From assembly GCA_002189035.1 (NCBI GenBank), contig NEEC01000010.1, positions 62,001 through 126,000 of the forward strand: DNA of 64,000 bases. Direction: 5' to 3'. Position 1 is the first letter of the stretch; each line of letters begins with the position of its first letter. The position numbers and the translations under genes are program-made. Source of the stretch: Utricularia gibba (Eukaryota > Plantae > Magnoliophyta). Positions 22,501 to 35,433 of the stretch are shown here, one piece after another. Below the pieces are notes generated by a model, which saw only the letters and a list, made by a program, of their open reading frames with translations, was not told the origin of the DNA and did not search any database.

Positions 22501-25500
22501 AATTGCTAGCATTTCTTTTTCCATAGTCGTGTAATTTCGTGGAGCATCGTCCATCGTTTTAGAAGTGTAACAAATCACATGGTTCATTCCTCATGCTCGC
22601 TCCAGTAGTAGCGTCTGTCTGTACTCTGATTGGTGGTAACAGTACTTCCAAAAAGAATTTCACAAGGGAATGCTTCTCATGCCAGTGGTGTGGGCAGCGC
22701 GCTAGCAATTTGTTGAACTTGTCCCAATACTCGTGCAGTGGGTCTCCCATGAATTGGCATATGTTTGCAATTTTACTCCTTAACACCTCATCCTTTGTGA
22801 ACGGAAAATACTTGTTCAAAAACTCCTTTTTCATTTGTATCTAGCTTCCTATGCTTTTGGATTCCAATGCATTGAACCAATCCCTGCATCTCCTTCAAGA
22901 CTAAATTGAAAGACTCTTAGCAGCATGTTATCTTTAATCACTTCCTTTGATTTGAGTGCAGCACTGAATGAAAGATAGTCATCCAAGTGCTGGTGTGCAT
23001 CTTCTTTCCCATTTCTGTAAAATTTCAATGTGTTGATGATTCCTCATCTGAGTACAAATGCAGTGTCTTCTTCTAGAAAATTTATGCAGATCCCTCAGTA
23101 GGAATAATTAGAGCAATCATACTCCTACATAGTTTTCTTCAATGCATTTGCATCAATGATTGATTCGTGTGCAACTGCTCCTTCCTTGGCCTTTGTGGTT
23201 GCCTTGTGCTACTCCTTCTTTGCACCCTTCTTTTTCTCTTTTGTAGCTCTCATTTTTTGGGTCAAGTGGGACAAGAGGTTCACCTAAAAAAGAATGCAAA
23301 TGGATTAACAACAAACAATTCAAATGCACCTAACTCCCTGGCAATGAGGCCATTTGGATAGTGATAAACGGAAATTTCCTAATATCGTTGCAAATAAAAA
23401 TAGAAAATCCGTATCAAATAAATTTGGAAAACTTGTATAGTGGAAATCGGGGTCGATCACGAAGAGCTTTTGCTTGCTAAGTGTTTTAGTACATGCATAA
23501 TTTCGGATAACAATAGACCTTAGTCTAAGCTCGGACTAACAGTGGTAAACAAGTTCAGTAAACAAGGTAGGTAAGCAATATCAGGTTTCTACGCTAGGGT
23601 AATAGGTACTGGTTTTGACTCAGACTAATACGAGGACGCCTTAAGGGTTTGCGGGTGGTGTTGTGCTAAGCTTCCTAACTCAATTTATTATCTTCCTACA
23701 CTCACAACTTCAAATAACCTAAGTCTACCCAGGTCATTCATCATATTTTTGGCTTAAGCTAGTCCCTAATGCCATAACCCACATTGCAATTAGGTCTACC
23801 CGCATGCAAGGCATATAGAACTAGGTCTACCTGGTTCTACTGGTTCTACCCTGAACTAATACCGATTGCTCCCGTCTTGGTTTGTTGGTCTACCTCTAAA
23901 CCAAGCATCTAAGTTGTGAAACTACTTGTTTCCCTCCTTAGGTCTACCCATGGTTTGTTAGAAACAAGAGTTAAGGAATACACATAAATTTCATCATCAA
24001 ACCTAAACACACACCACACCACTTCACCTTAAAGCATCCCTAAGACTCTAGCCACTCATGCTTGAGAAATAAAACACGATTTCATTCATGTAAGTTGGCC
24101 AAAATGGCAGAAACATTGTAAATAAGTAAAACACATAAACTTGAAATGTTCAAAAAACAGAAAGTAAATAGGATTGTTCTCCCGCCCGTTAGCTACTGTT
24201 CACAGCACGGAACATTAGCACTGGACTGGGCTCCGGTGCTGTTCTTGATGATGGAGGCCTTCCTTCCCCCCCTCTGGTTGGTGTTTCTCCCGTTGGGGAA
24301 GAAGACCCCCTTTGCGTCCCCCTCACTCTTCGCTTCTTTGCTTCACTCCATTGCACATTTCTGACTGCCAGTACTGTTCCTGACCGCCAGTACTGCTCCT
24401 GGCCTGAACTTGCAGACTGCGGTGGCAGCAGAACAATGCCCTTTGTCCTTCTCCGGATTTTGCGCCCTTTTTCGCTTGTTTTACACGCTTGCGAGTCTGA
24501 TTTTCGGCTTATCTCCCTGTTGAACTTACTGAAACATCAGTAACAAGAGTTGTGGACTAAATCAAAGGATTTAGTTCACTTTTCAACATAATCACATAGG
24601 ATTAACATAAACACCACTAAAGCATGAAAAACCACATTTATATAACCTAAACCATAATAAAATATAACTATTTTGCATTATGAATTTCAGGAAAAATGTG
24701 TGTCATCAGATAGACAGAAAATTCTAAAAGTGTCGCGGGCCCAAAGATTTTGCCCATCAAAAGATATTTATGAAACTAAACAAGCAGTATATATCACATT
24801 CATGAAAAAAACAATGTAGTAGTGGCAAGTCCAGGTCGTTCCACAGGGAACAAGTGGTTTTCAATTGTAAATTGAATTAGAAGGTTGCGAAAATCTAGAA
24901 ATAAAATGCAGAAAATAAAAAGTTCTTTTAGTTCTCCAAATAAGTTCTTGCATGTGTGTGAGCTTCTTCTTCTCATTAGGCTGGTTTTAAAGGTTTGTTG
25001 GGAAGGTTCCAAGTGTTGTGTTGCCGTTCTTAGCTTTAGAGGTAGTGGTTCCAATGTCACTATGGAATAAGTTCTGTCCTCTTCTTTGCACATACAGATT
25101 TCTTTTTTGCAGGGCTCTAAGCATTGGAGGAAGTTCCATTGTCATGCTCGAGCTATTCCTCCTTTGTATTCTTCCCTGAAACTTGTTGAAACTCATAGGA
25201 AAGCCCCCTTCCAGCATCAGAAATCTTCGTTTTCTCTCTACTCGATCGTGCTTTCCCGTTGTTGGGTGCCTTGTTGTGGTAGGCTTCCTTGTTCCTTGTT
25301 TCCCACCGAGTAGTCTTATATCCTTGCGCATGTAGATGTGTAATTCCCATTTTGCCTTGGGTCTAATAAATACTATATAGTGTGATTAGAATATGCAGCC
25401 CAGCGCAAATGAGCTTGACGTTCTTGGGCTTGGATGAACAATAAGTTCACCCCAACAAGCAACTCAAAGCAAAATATCCCCAAAACATGTTCATACATAA

Positions 25501-25608
25501 AAGTAATTCACTAACACTAATTTTGGCATTTTACTTATTCTAAATCGCCTAATTCCTTATACTAACATTGAAAATATCACAATTTCTACCAATTTTGACA
25601 CAACATCA
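19527..25608 (-). mobile_element. Athila-like Ty3 element A, internally deleted: 5' LTR, PBS, gag, RNase H, integrase, 3' accessory region
   Basis: 5' LTR runs 25608->24709, with its last bases at 23361->23355. PBS AAATGGCCTCATTGCCAGGGA at ~23357->23337. gag KKEFLNKYFP...EYWDKFNKLLARCPHH. RNase H YTSKTMDDAPRNYTTMEKEMLAIVFALEK. Integrase [10 protein letters not shown] and LYHSMFKLYPWKLK. Protease and RT absent. Confidence 0.85.
23362..24708 (-). mobile_element. Solo LTR (1347 bp) with perfect 5-bp TSD
   Basis: TG...CA ends (TGATG at 24708, TTATCA at 23362 on minus). GATAG at both 23357-23361 and 24709-24713. Confidence 0.9.
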
Positions 25609-25999
25609 ATGTATTTGAGTGATGATAAAAAATTTCAGGTATTTTGATAAATTTTTTTGATTGAAACATGTATATTTTTGGATTGCCAATGACATTGAAT
25701 ATCTAAGAAATGTTTTTTAAACTTTATGGAAAGGATATGGGAATGCTCATCAATTGATAGTTTCTTAATCAAAATTTTCAAAAGGAAAAAAGTGTAGTCT
25801 TTTGAATATGACATGGTGTTCTCCATGATAAAAAAATTACCTTATTTTTTGTGGACTAATGTAGCATCCACCTCTATTTATTTGTAGAATAGACTATAAA
25901 GAAAGATCACCCTTTGCTATGCCCTTTGAAAGATGATTTTGTTTCAAACCTTCAGTAAAGTATTAAAATGTATTTGACAATGTGTGTTCTTACAATCTT

Positions 26000-28900
26000 C
26001 TAAGTGCTTTGAGGAACAAATTGGACATTTGTGCTTTGGCTGGCGTCTTCGTTGGATATACTGAGTTTTTAAGTGAGGAATGGCCTTATGAAATCAATGC
26101 CCCAAACATCAAATAATCATATACCAAGATTCCTTGCTAAAGCATTTCATCTCTATTGGACAAATTTTCAATTATCTTTGCAATAAGCGTAATAGTCTCT
26201 AGAGATGTGAGGCCAGTAAAATCCATAGTCCAAAATTTTTTTGGTTGTATGGTTTGCTCTATGATGACTGCCAAAAGATCCTACATGATAAAAATTGATA
26301 ATCTCAGGAATTTCAAACTCATGAACATATCTTTGAATGACGTCATCATTGCATCTCTTCCTTAAGTAAGGATCCTCCTTGATATAATATCTGGCATCAT
26401 TGTTTAGTTTTTTCTTCGCATTGTAATCAATTCTTGGTGGCAGCACTTTTGCTAAAACAAAGTTAGCCAAGTTAGCAAACTCTGGTTCACGAATGTTAGT
26501 CCTAATCGAGAATAATTGTTCATCCGGAAACATTTCACTGATAGAACTGCCATTCTTTTTCCTTTCTATTTTTTTGAGATGGTCAGCCACCATGTTTTCC
26601 TCCTAGGTCAGTCCCTGATTTCAATGTTGAACTCCTGGACACGAAGAACCCATTTGATAAGTCTTGGTTTTGAGTCCTTCTTCATCAAGTGCTTCACGGC
26701 TGAATGGTTCGTGTAAATGGTCACCTTGCTACCTAAAAGATAAGATATGAATTTTTCCAAAGCAAATAACACAGATAAAAATTCTCTTTCAGTCACAGTG
26801 TAATTTCTTTACATCATCTAAAGTTTTGGAAGCATAAAAAATGATGTGGTGCTTCCCTTCAATTTTTTGTCCCAAAATTGCTCCTACATCATGACTACTA
26901 ACATCAATTTTTTGTCCTGAAGGCTTTTAATGATCCTAACTTGAGAGTATCATACATAGAAAATGACATCACATTTATGGAGGCTCTCAGGTCAGTCATT
27001 GTTCTCCTGATATTCAAGTCACCAATTTTGCAAGTGAGAAGAGTTGAGCAACTTTCACTTAGCTTCAGCTTGCCTTTTTCCTTTAGTTGGGCTTTGATAT
27101 ACAAAGCTACTTCAGGTACTTCACGTTTTTCGGCACCAAGTCAATATACTTAAAGAGAGTCAAATTTAATTGAGTATTACCTAAAGCTCTTAACATTTTT
27201 TCCTTCTCATTTTGTTCCTCTCTAGCTTTCAACCTTCCTGGAAATGGTGGAGGGGTTACTTTCATAATGAGAGGCTTTGTAGTAATCTCTACCTCATGTT
27301 CTTCAACATCTTCTTCCACCACAACTCCGTACTTTTCTCCCTCCTCTGAATTACTCTCAGGTTGGACTAATTTTCTTCCATACTTTTCTTTCCCATTTCT
27401 CAGTGTCATTGCGATGATATTCTGTCCTCCTTCAGAGTTGGGATTTGATTTCGCTTGCAATGGTAGACTTACTTTCTAATTCAATTCCCTAACCACTATT
27501 GCCAGTTGAGTTACTTTAATTTCCAAGTTCTTGATAACTTGTTGATTCTCAACTTGATTTTTTATAGATTGAGTCATGAAAGTCTTCAAAATATCCTCCA
27601 AAAATTTCCAGAATTATTTTGGTTTGAAGACTTAAATTACTACTAAAACTACTGGTTCGGCTTTTGAAATACTGGGCCTTGATAAGAACGTCGCTGCTGC
27701 ACCTAGAAATTCTGCTGGAACCATTGCAGTCCAGAAGATGAACTCTCACCCTTATTGGAATGTTCATTGTTGCTCCACCGAAAATTGGGATGATCCATCC
27801 ACCCTGGGTTGTATGTTTTAGAGTAGAGATCATACTTATTCCTTTGTAACTTCATTTATCTCATCACCTTCACATGTTCTTCCTCCAATAAGTGTTGGAC
27901 TTTTATCAGCAATGCACCCCATCAGTTACAGTTCCCGTATTGCATATTCTTAACTTGGAATAAAAATAACTCTTTCATCATCTCAAATATTGCAGCAACA
28001 TTTTTCATCAACTCACTTTCTGATGACTTTGGCTTGCATTCCAGCTCATAAACTCTTCGGTTCGAAACTTTTTTCTGATAATATGTCTGGAGTACATAGC
28101 CAACACCTCAAACAAAGAAAGAGCTTCGATTGGTATATTTTTTATCAAAAATCCACCTGCAGTAGAATCAACAACAGCTCTATCTGTGCATAATAGTCCA
28201 TCATAGAAATTTTTACCAAGGCATTGGTTTGAAATCCATGATGTGGGTAGGATCCTAGCAGGTGATTAAATCTGTCCCAATATTTATGCAATGACTCACC
28301 ACTCATTTGCTCAACCTCACTCATTGCTTAAAAATACTTTCCTCATCCCTGACCAGCCCATAATGCTCCTAGGCTTTAGTGAATTCAACCATGTTTTTGC
28401 ACTTCCCTCCAGTGTAAATTAGAATGCTCTCAAAGAGATGGCTTATTCAGTCATCCCAGCACTCTTAAAGGAGGTGAAAACAATAGTGACATTGTCCAAA
28501 TATTCATGTGGGTTTTCTCCCACTTTTCCGTAATACTTAGGCATAAAATTCATCAACCCACGCTTCACTTCATTGACCAAATTATTAGAAAATCTGATGC
28601 ACAACCCCCTATACATTTGGTTAGCTGCGTCAAGCTTATTTAGGGTCTTCTATTGTCTGCCATGATGAAATCAACTTAAGTTGCAATAGGGAGTCTTTTC
28701 AACCTTGTTGCTTCTCTCACTCCTTGGCGGTTCTTACTGATAGCTCTCTTGATTAATTGCAACACACAACAATTAAATACCACTCCTTATCAACGATGCC
28801 AATTGGATAAATGAAAAATTATGCAAGTCATGTAAATTGAAAATTCATGTTTCATATAAATTTATTGCCTAATTCACAATCAATCATACAAAAAATATGA

Positions 28901-29629
28901 GCATGGTGGACCATGGTCGAATATACAGAGCTATGTGCTTATTGTGTGAAGGTTGATGCATGCTATTTTTGTCATGGTTCAAAGATTTAGTCTAAAATAA
29001 GACTAAGGTAGTTCGATGATAAAATGTAGAAAAATAGTAAACGGGTAAAAGCAGGTCTTTATCTAAAATTAATAAATGTGATGCTTTGAGACTTCTAGGG
29101 ACTACATGCTTATCACTAAAATAACCTCACCTAATCTACAAATCATGCATCTAATAAGCAAAAGTCTAGGTTTACTCAAACTTTTGTTTTCCCGTAATCT
29201 TTGATTTATCTAATTAGGATTGTTTAAGATGAGTATCACTACCTCTCCCTCCTAGATCTATCCTGATTTATTAAGGAAGTGATGTGACTTATGGATAACA
29301 AGATCAAAATGATGATTTGCATAGTATCCCTTTTTTGTCCCAAGTCACCTCTAATTGCTTAGTTACTCATACTAAGGGAAAATAAAATGTTTTTATAATA
29401 AAACATGAAAACCATCTTCATTTCAAAACTTAGTAGTAAAAAAAGAAATAAAAAATAAGCAGTAATTGGAAGCATAAAGAGTTGTGCAAAAAAGCTAAAA
29501 CTATTATGAGCTAGGAGTAATGTTCTTCGCAAGTGAAAGATGTCTTCAAAAGAGGGCTTGGTTCTTGGTTTGTCTTCTTCGTTCTTCCCGTAAGTTTTTC
29601 TTCAATCCTCCCCTAGAAGTATGTGGCAT
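26000..29629 (-). mobile_element. Athila-like Ty3 element B, decayed: partial 5' LTR, PBS, gag, protease, RNase H, integrase N-terminus
   Basis: PBS-like TTGGCATCGTTGATAAGGA at ~28804->28786. gag at 28680-27150. Protease DLRASINVMS. RNase [16 protein letters not shown]...[22 protein letters not shown]. Integrase zinc-binding region GSHHRANHTTKKILDYGFYWP. RT missing. Confidence 0.85.
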
Positions 29630-31025
29630 TGATAGCACATAGATTTTCCTTTTTTTAGGATATGAAAATTACAAGTTTTTCATTATGTTTAGTTGTTTAT
29701 TTTATAATTTTAAGTATTTTTATGTATAATTTAGGAAAATGTGATTTTTGTTGTATTAGTGGGCTAAATCCTTTGATTTAGCCCACCCATGTTCTAACCC
29801 TATTTTGAGTCTAGCAGCAACCTAAAAATCATGGAAAAGAACAAGGATTTCATGGAAGTCACCGTGCAGCAGGGAGCAATGAGTATACTGTCGCGGCGGC
29901 AGTCTGCAAGTCAGGGGCAGGAGCAGTAGAGCTGTCAGAAAGCGTACTTGCCTTGGGAAATGAGAGGCGAGAGAAAGATGAGGAGGAGAGAGAATCGCAA
30001 AGGAGCAAAACCAACAGAGTTAGTAGCACACACACGAGAGGGTTTCTCCCCCAACTCGAACATGAAGAATACTGGAGGAGAAGGATAAAAAAGGCAATTT
30101 TTCTGGAGAAGAAACTCTAGCGTGAAGTAAGAAGATCAAGACCCAGTCCAGCGCTACTGTTCCGGCCTGTGAACAGTAGCAGACAGAAATCAAAACCCTT
30201 ACTGTTTTACTTTAGTTTGTTGATGTTTTTAGTTTCTGCAACCAACTTCTGCACGATGTTCTTGACATTTTCGTTGTTTTATGTTAATATCATTACTTTT
30301 TACCTTCCAAATATTAGTAGCTAGAGCCTTAGGAATGCCTTAAGGTGAAGCATGGTGGTATGGACCTAGGATTCATGATATAATTCATCATTGTTTCTTA
30401 ACTCTTGTTTCTATCATTCCATGGGTAGACCTAAGGAGGGGAACAAGTAGTTTCACAACTGAAATGTTTGATTTAGAGGTAGACCAACAAATCAACACGG
30501 GAGCAGTAGGTGTTAGTTCGGGGTAGAACCAGTAGAACCAGGTAGACCTAATTCTATGTGCCTTGTATGCGGGTAGACCTAATTGCAATGTTGATGATGA
30601 TATTGGTGATTAGCTTAGCCGAAAATGTGATGAATGACCTGGGTAGACTTAGATTATTTGAAGTTGTGAGTGTAGGAACATGGTAAATTAAATTAGGCAT
30701 TTTAGCACCACACCACCTGCATACTCTTAAGGCATCTTCGTATTATTCTGAGTTAGAACCAGTACTTGTTACCATTTGCATTGAAACCTGATTTTTTTTA
30801 TTGAACATACTTGCCACTACTAGTCCGAGCTTAGACTAAGACCACTGTATTCTGAATTATGCATCTATTAAAACACTTAGTAACCACAAGCTCATTGTGA
30901 TCGACCCCGAATTCCATTGTACACTTTGTGTTTAACTTGTCTTTTGTGAGGATTAGGGACTATAAATTTATTTGATACAGATTTCTATTTTTATTGCAAC
31001 GATATTAGGAAATTTCCGTTTATCA
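29630..31025 (+). mobile_element. Solo LTR (1396 bp), same family as 23362-24708, opposite orientation
   Basis: Starts TGATAGCAC and ends CCGTTTATCA. The reverse complement aligns along its length with 23362-24708. Flanks GGCAT/TACAT match only 3/5. Confidence 0.85.
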
Positions 31026-31029
31026 TACA

Positions 31030-33110
31030 TCTTGTTCAAGATGGTGGAGATATTTCCTCTTTCTCATCATTCCAAAAATCCTTTTTTTTCTTCACCTTGG
31101 GATTTGGCTGTACTTCATTCGGCTTTTGTCCATATCTTCTGTAACTTCACTGTTCTCTTTTGACTCCTTGAGATTTGGGTTGTTGGCATATGTTGATTTC
31201 TCAAGGAAACGATTAGAATTAAAGTTGAGACTAAATCGTAGAGTGAAAGATACAAAAATTGTCGTTAATAAAAAAAATGCATAAATACACTATAAAATCC
31301 AAGTTTTGTAGCATAATACGAATCATTTCCCTATACTAAAGCACTCAAAACTATGTGTTATCATGTTTCTTCTGTTGGTAGTCAGTTGAGGAGATATAAT
31401 GCTGTGTTTATGGCTTCACCCCAAAATGTCAAAGATGTTCCTTTCTTATATAGCAGACATCGTGCCACGTACATGTCTATCCTATTTCGCCTTTCGCTAA
31501 CTCTTTTTTGTTGTGATGTGTAGGGGTAGTAGGGTAGTAAAGTGATAGATGATTCCTTCTTCATTGCAGAAGTTTTCCAACTCTTAAGATATGTACTCTC
31601 CACCATTATTAGATCTTATGAATTTGATCTTTTTTCCGCTTTGATTTTCCACCATTGCTTTAAATGTGTTGAAGTTTTGTAATACTTCAGACCTGTGTTT
31701 CATGAAGTATACCCAAAAAAACGTAGTGAAATCATCTACAAAGATAAGAAAATATCCATTTCCTATAGTGTCTCTATTTGCATTGGTCTACAAACGTCAC
31801 TATGAATAAGTTTTAGTTTTTTCTTGAAATTCCAGATTCCTTTTCCAAATGGTAGGCAACATGACTTGCCAACTTGGCATATTTCACATACTTCCTTGAT
31901 TGTGGGGATGTTTGGGAGCCCAAATATTATAAATATCAAATATTTCATTAGAAATAAAGGAGCACATGGCTTTTGCAGTATTCTTAGAGTTCTAAGACAA
32001 CTCTCCATTTTCGCTAGTTATTTTCTCTCTTCTCTTCGAGCAGACCCTTTGTATGTGTCCCTTTTCTTTGTAGTAATGAAACATCATCTTTGGATGCAAA
32101 AAGCAGTTGATTTGAAGATGATTCTTTTGAATGCAAAAGGGGCACTCGGGATGAGGCCTAACTCTCTCACCTTTTGATCGGATTTTTTTCAAAGTTTTCC
32201 TTGAAAGGAAGTTCCTTCCTAGCTCTTGCTTTCTCTTGTGTTGTCAGTTAATCCTGAATTGTGGAGAGCATCCAAAAGTTCTCCAGGGGTGTGCCTTTTC
32301 TGCCCTTCAGAGGGTGCGATTGTTGTTAGTGTAGTATCAAAGGAGCTAGGTAGTGCTGAGATAATTGTGTTTTTTATTCTTCTATCATCCACTATTTCTC
32401 CAAGCTTTTCAGTTGTTTCAAGATCATATGAAGAATTTCAGCTAATATTTTGATTGATTCCCCACATTTCATCATCAAATTATCAAGTCGGTGCCACTTG
32501 TGATTGATCTCCTTTTCGATATTTTTGAAGTGGGTTTATAAGCTTTCTTTAATGCCTTCCGTGCCATAATCGGATTAGAGCATTCAATAAACACTTTGCA
32601 AACTTCAAAAATAACCATACCTGATAGAATGTCCATTACTCTAAGCTCCTTCTCTTCTCTTTCTTGTATGAGTTTGCTACTTTCTTCATCAATTGCGTTT
32701 TCTGAAATGGTCAGCTTGACTTAAAACACATCTCAAGCCTATTGGCTTTTGAGATAGAGAATCATCCGTAGTGACCAGATCTTGAAGTCTTTTCCATCGA
32801 ACATTGGGAGTGGCATTGGAGTATTGTATCAAGCCATGTTCAAATCTATAACAAGTGAGTAATCAAAAACTGTTTTGTAGATAAGTGACTTATCCTCCTC
32901 TTATGAATATGTTATATTCGTTTTTTCTAACATTGAGATTACAATCCCAGAGCTCTCACCATGAAAGTATTCGTATAGCCTCTAATCTCAAAGGCTGAAC
33001 GGGGTCTCTGGAAACTTGAAAAGAATACGGAGAGTTCAACTATTTCACAAAAAGGTTACATTGATTGTTTCATAATCCCTAATATATAGAATAGAGGGGT
33101 TATTCTAACG
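31030..33110 (-). mobile_element. Copia-B: 5' LTR (33110->32962), PBS-like site, gag, zinc knuckle, GAG-pre-integrase and integrase; 3'-truncated
   Basis: PBS-like TGGTGAGAGC after the CA end. gag PMFDGKDFKIWSLRM. Knuckle CPFCIQKNHLQINC. CEICQVGK...KLIHSDVCRPM. Integrase PYTSQQKRVSERRNR. Confidence 0.8.
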
Positions 33111-35433
33111 TTGGCTATAGAAAGGAAAGGGACTGATTAGCTACTGATTTTGTGGAGTTTTATTAGAAGAGAGGAGCAACTTTGTCATCTCGAATTGTTG
33201 CTTGATTTTTGTACCCTTCCAGGTATATCTCTTCATCTATTGCTGGTTTACTTAAGCAAAGTAAGGTCTTATCAAGAAAATCTAACAATCTCAATGAAAC
33301 TTCTAACTTTGGCATCTTATATACCTATGGTGGTTATTTAAATCTTTTTGGCTTCACAGATTTTAACTTTGCTAGATGCTTGATGATTTAAGAAGTACAT
33401 CAAAGTATTGATCATCAAAGATAAAACCTATAGTTCTTCAATTCATTGTTGATGCAGAATATTATGCTGTTTCAAAGGCTTGCAATCAAGCTTTGTGCTG
33501 AGAAAATTGCTTTCTGATTTGTTGTTAGATTATATTGGTCAAACTAACATACTTTGTGACTTATTGTGTTAAAGATCTGGCAAAAAATCCTGTGATTTAT
33601 GATTGTACCAAGAACATTAATATGAAGTATCATGTCTTGAGAGAAGTTGAAAATGATGATTTTTCATGTGTGTCGTTCCACAACAAATTTTAAACATTTT
33701 CAGCTTGTAAAAAACAAAATGCGTAGTAGAGGTGTCGAACACAATGAGTTGATTTTCAAGGAAATAGTGAAGTTCACACCGATTTGTAATTAGGTTTATG
33801 AATTAAAAGGTGGTAAAAACGTAAATGGTGAAACTTGAGTAATGAAATTGCTCAAACAACAAAAACGAACTTAAACGATGAAACTTAAATAAAGAGATGT
33901 TCCTAGAATTGAAATCCTACCCAACTATATTCATTAGGTATCCACTCTTGTTTGATCTTCTCGAATACTCTATTATGAGAGTAAGAAATTGTCTATACTC
34001 TCATACATTCTCTTGGGAGACATAGGAATAGCTCAATATTGTTTGCTTTTGGATGAATGGGAAGATAAGAGATCCAGCTGTTGTTACCCTCACAATTGAA
34101 TTGCACATGTGCGCCATGAGTCCCAATACGAGGTCACTATTTATATATTAATTCTAAAGTACGATCACAAACAAAACATTATTTCTCTGGAACCAAAAGA
34201 GTGAGTCGATACTTTCCACCTTATTCCTCTTCAAAATTCATAGGTAGTGATCAACTAATCGTGAATATTGAATAAGGGATTATATATAAACACTATAGCA
34301 TAATCATGTGGAGGTATACAAAAACCAATGAAATTAAAAAAAGAAGTGGAAATTAATTAGAGAAATGTAGAGCTGGAAGTCTCCCAACCTAGAAAGGGTT
34401 TTTAGCCATGAAAATTTCGTACCCTCCTAATTTTGCAATGATCTTGAGTGACTTGCAAGGGACCTTATGCTCGCCGCCATCATGATTTCTTCTGTCAGAA
34501 GTTACCATGTTCCATATATCAATACTCATTAGGTATCTTCAATCTCCCTAAAATTAAGGGAAATGTCACTTCAGGAAAAATGTATTTTGTCGCCTTCTGT
34601 TCCTTCTTTTCTCCTCTGTCTTGCACATGTTCAACTCTGAAAAAACCTAAATAACACTAAGCTAAAACTTTAGATAAAACACATGAATTAAGATAATTAT
34701 CCTAATTTAGATAAACCTAAAACTTATATTATAAATTCTTAACTAAATACTTTAATTATATTGACACATAGAAAATGATCTAAAATATAGTATCAAAATG
34801 ATACTTAACAGTTTTATCAAATTTATTTACTGCTCTCTAAAACAAGTTGCAAATCTCATGACAAAAGTTTTCATAACCCACAAGGGCGACTTCCAAGGAA
34901 TTAATGCCACAACCTTCAGTTGGTCAAAAGGGACTTCATCTTCTCTAACTTCTCGGAGGCTGTTGAAGAAATTTAGTGAGTTTCCAAGTCGCACGCTGAT
35001 GACCGTTGAGATCTGTGCCAATAAACTTTTACAGATTGGTTGTTAGACCTATACCTATTTAAGCCCGTCATTGCATTTTCGTTGCAGTAGTTTTTCTTCT
35101 CACAATCATTAGACTTATGTTTCATTTCGGTCCAAAAGCCAACAACTTTCTTCCATTTTTGCAAAACCTGAGAGTTGTGTACTTTGTTTTCTCTCTTTCG
35201 TTCCAATTGACAAGCTTTACCTGTTTCAAGGTTGATGCATCTTAGGCAACGGTTTGGCATATGGTCTTCTTATCATTAAAGAGAAGCTTTACCTGTTTCA
35301 AGGTTAGAGGCATTGTTAAATCTACATAAATAGTTGCGTCAATTAGTTTGTAACTGCTTTTATATGACTTTTATTAAAATGTTGTCATTGCAATCTGTGT
35401 GTTTGTTTTGTTTCTTAAACTTCACGTTCAACA
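33111..35433 (+). mobile_element. Copia-A-family 3' part: RT C-terminus/RNase H, interrupted by a ~1.5 kb insertion, then 3' LTR (35303-35433)
   Basis: SRYISSS...TSNFGILY...LFGFTDFNFARC, AEYYAVSKACNQAL, LAKNPV...TKNINMKYHVLRE (33170-33660). Pol end resumes as ALPVSRLMHLRQRFG (~35212-35257). Purine tract TAAAGAGAAG. LTR ends CAACA. Confidence 0.7.
34400..35080 (-). pseudogene. Two unidentified exon-like fragments inside the Copia RNase H insertion
   Basis: Stop-free 64-aa frame at 35021->34827 ending at a GT donor, plus a downstream ttttttcag acceptor at ~34638 opening ELNMCKTEEKKKEQKATKYIFPEVTFP. Family not recognised. Confidence 0.3.

Noticed and set aside
23337-23357. tRNA gene fragments at PBS sites (also ~28790, ~32955, ~54470)
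   Set aside because: These are only primer-binding complements. No cloverleaf or A/B boxes are seen, and no tRNA or rRNA gene was found in the window.
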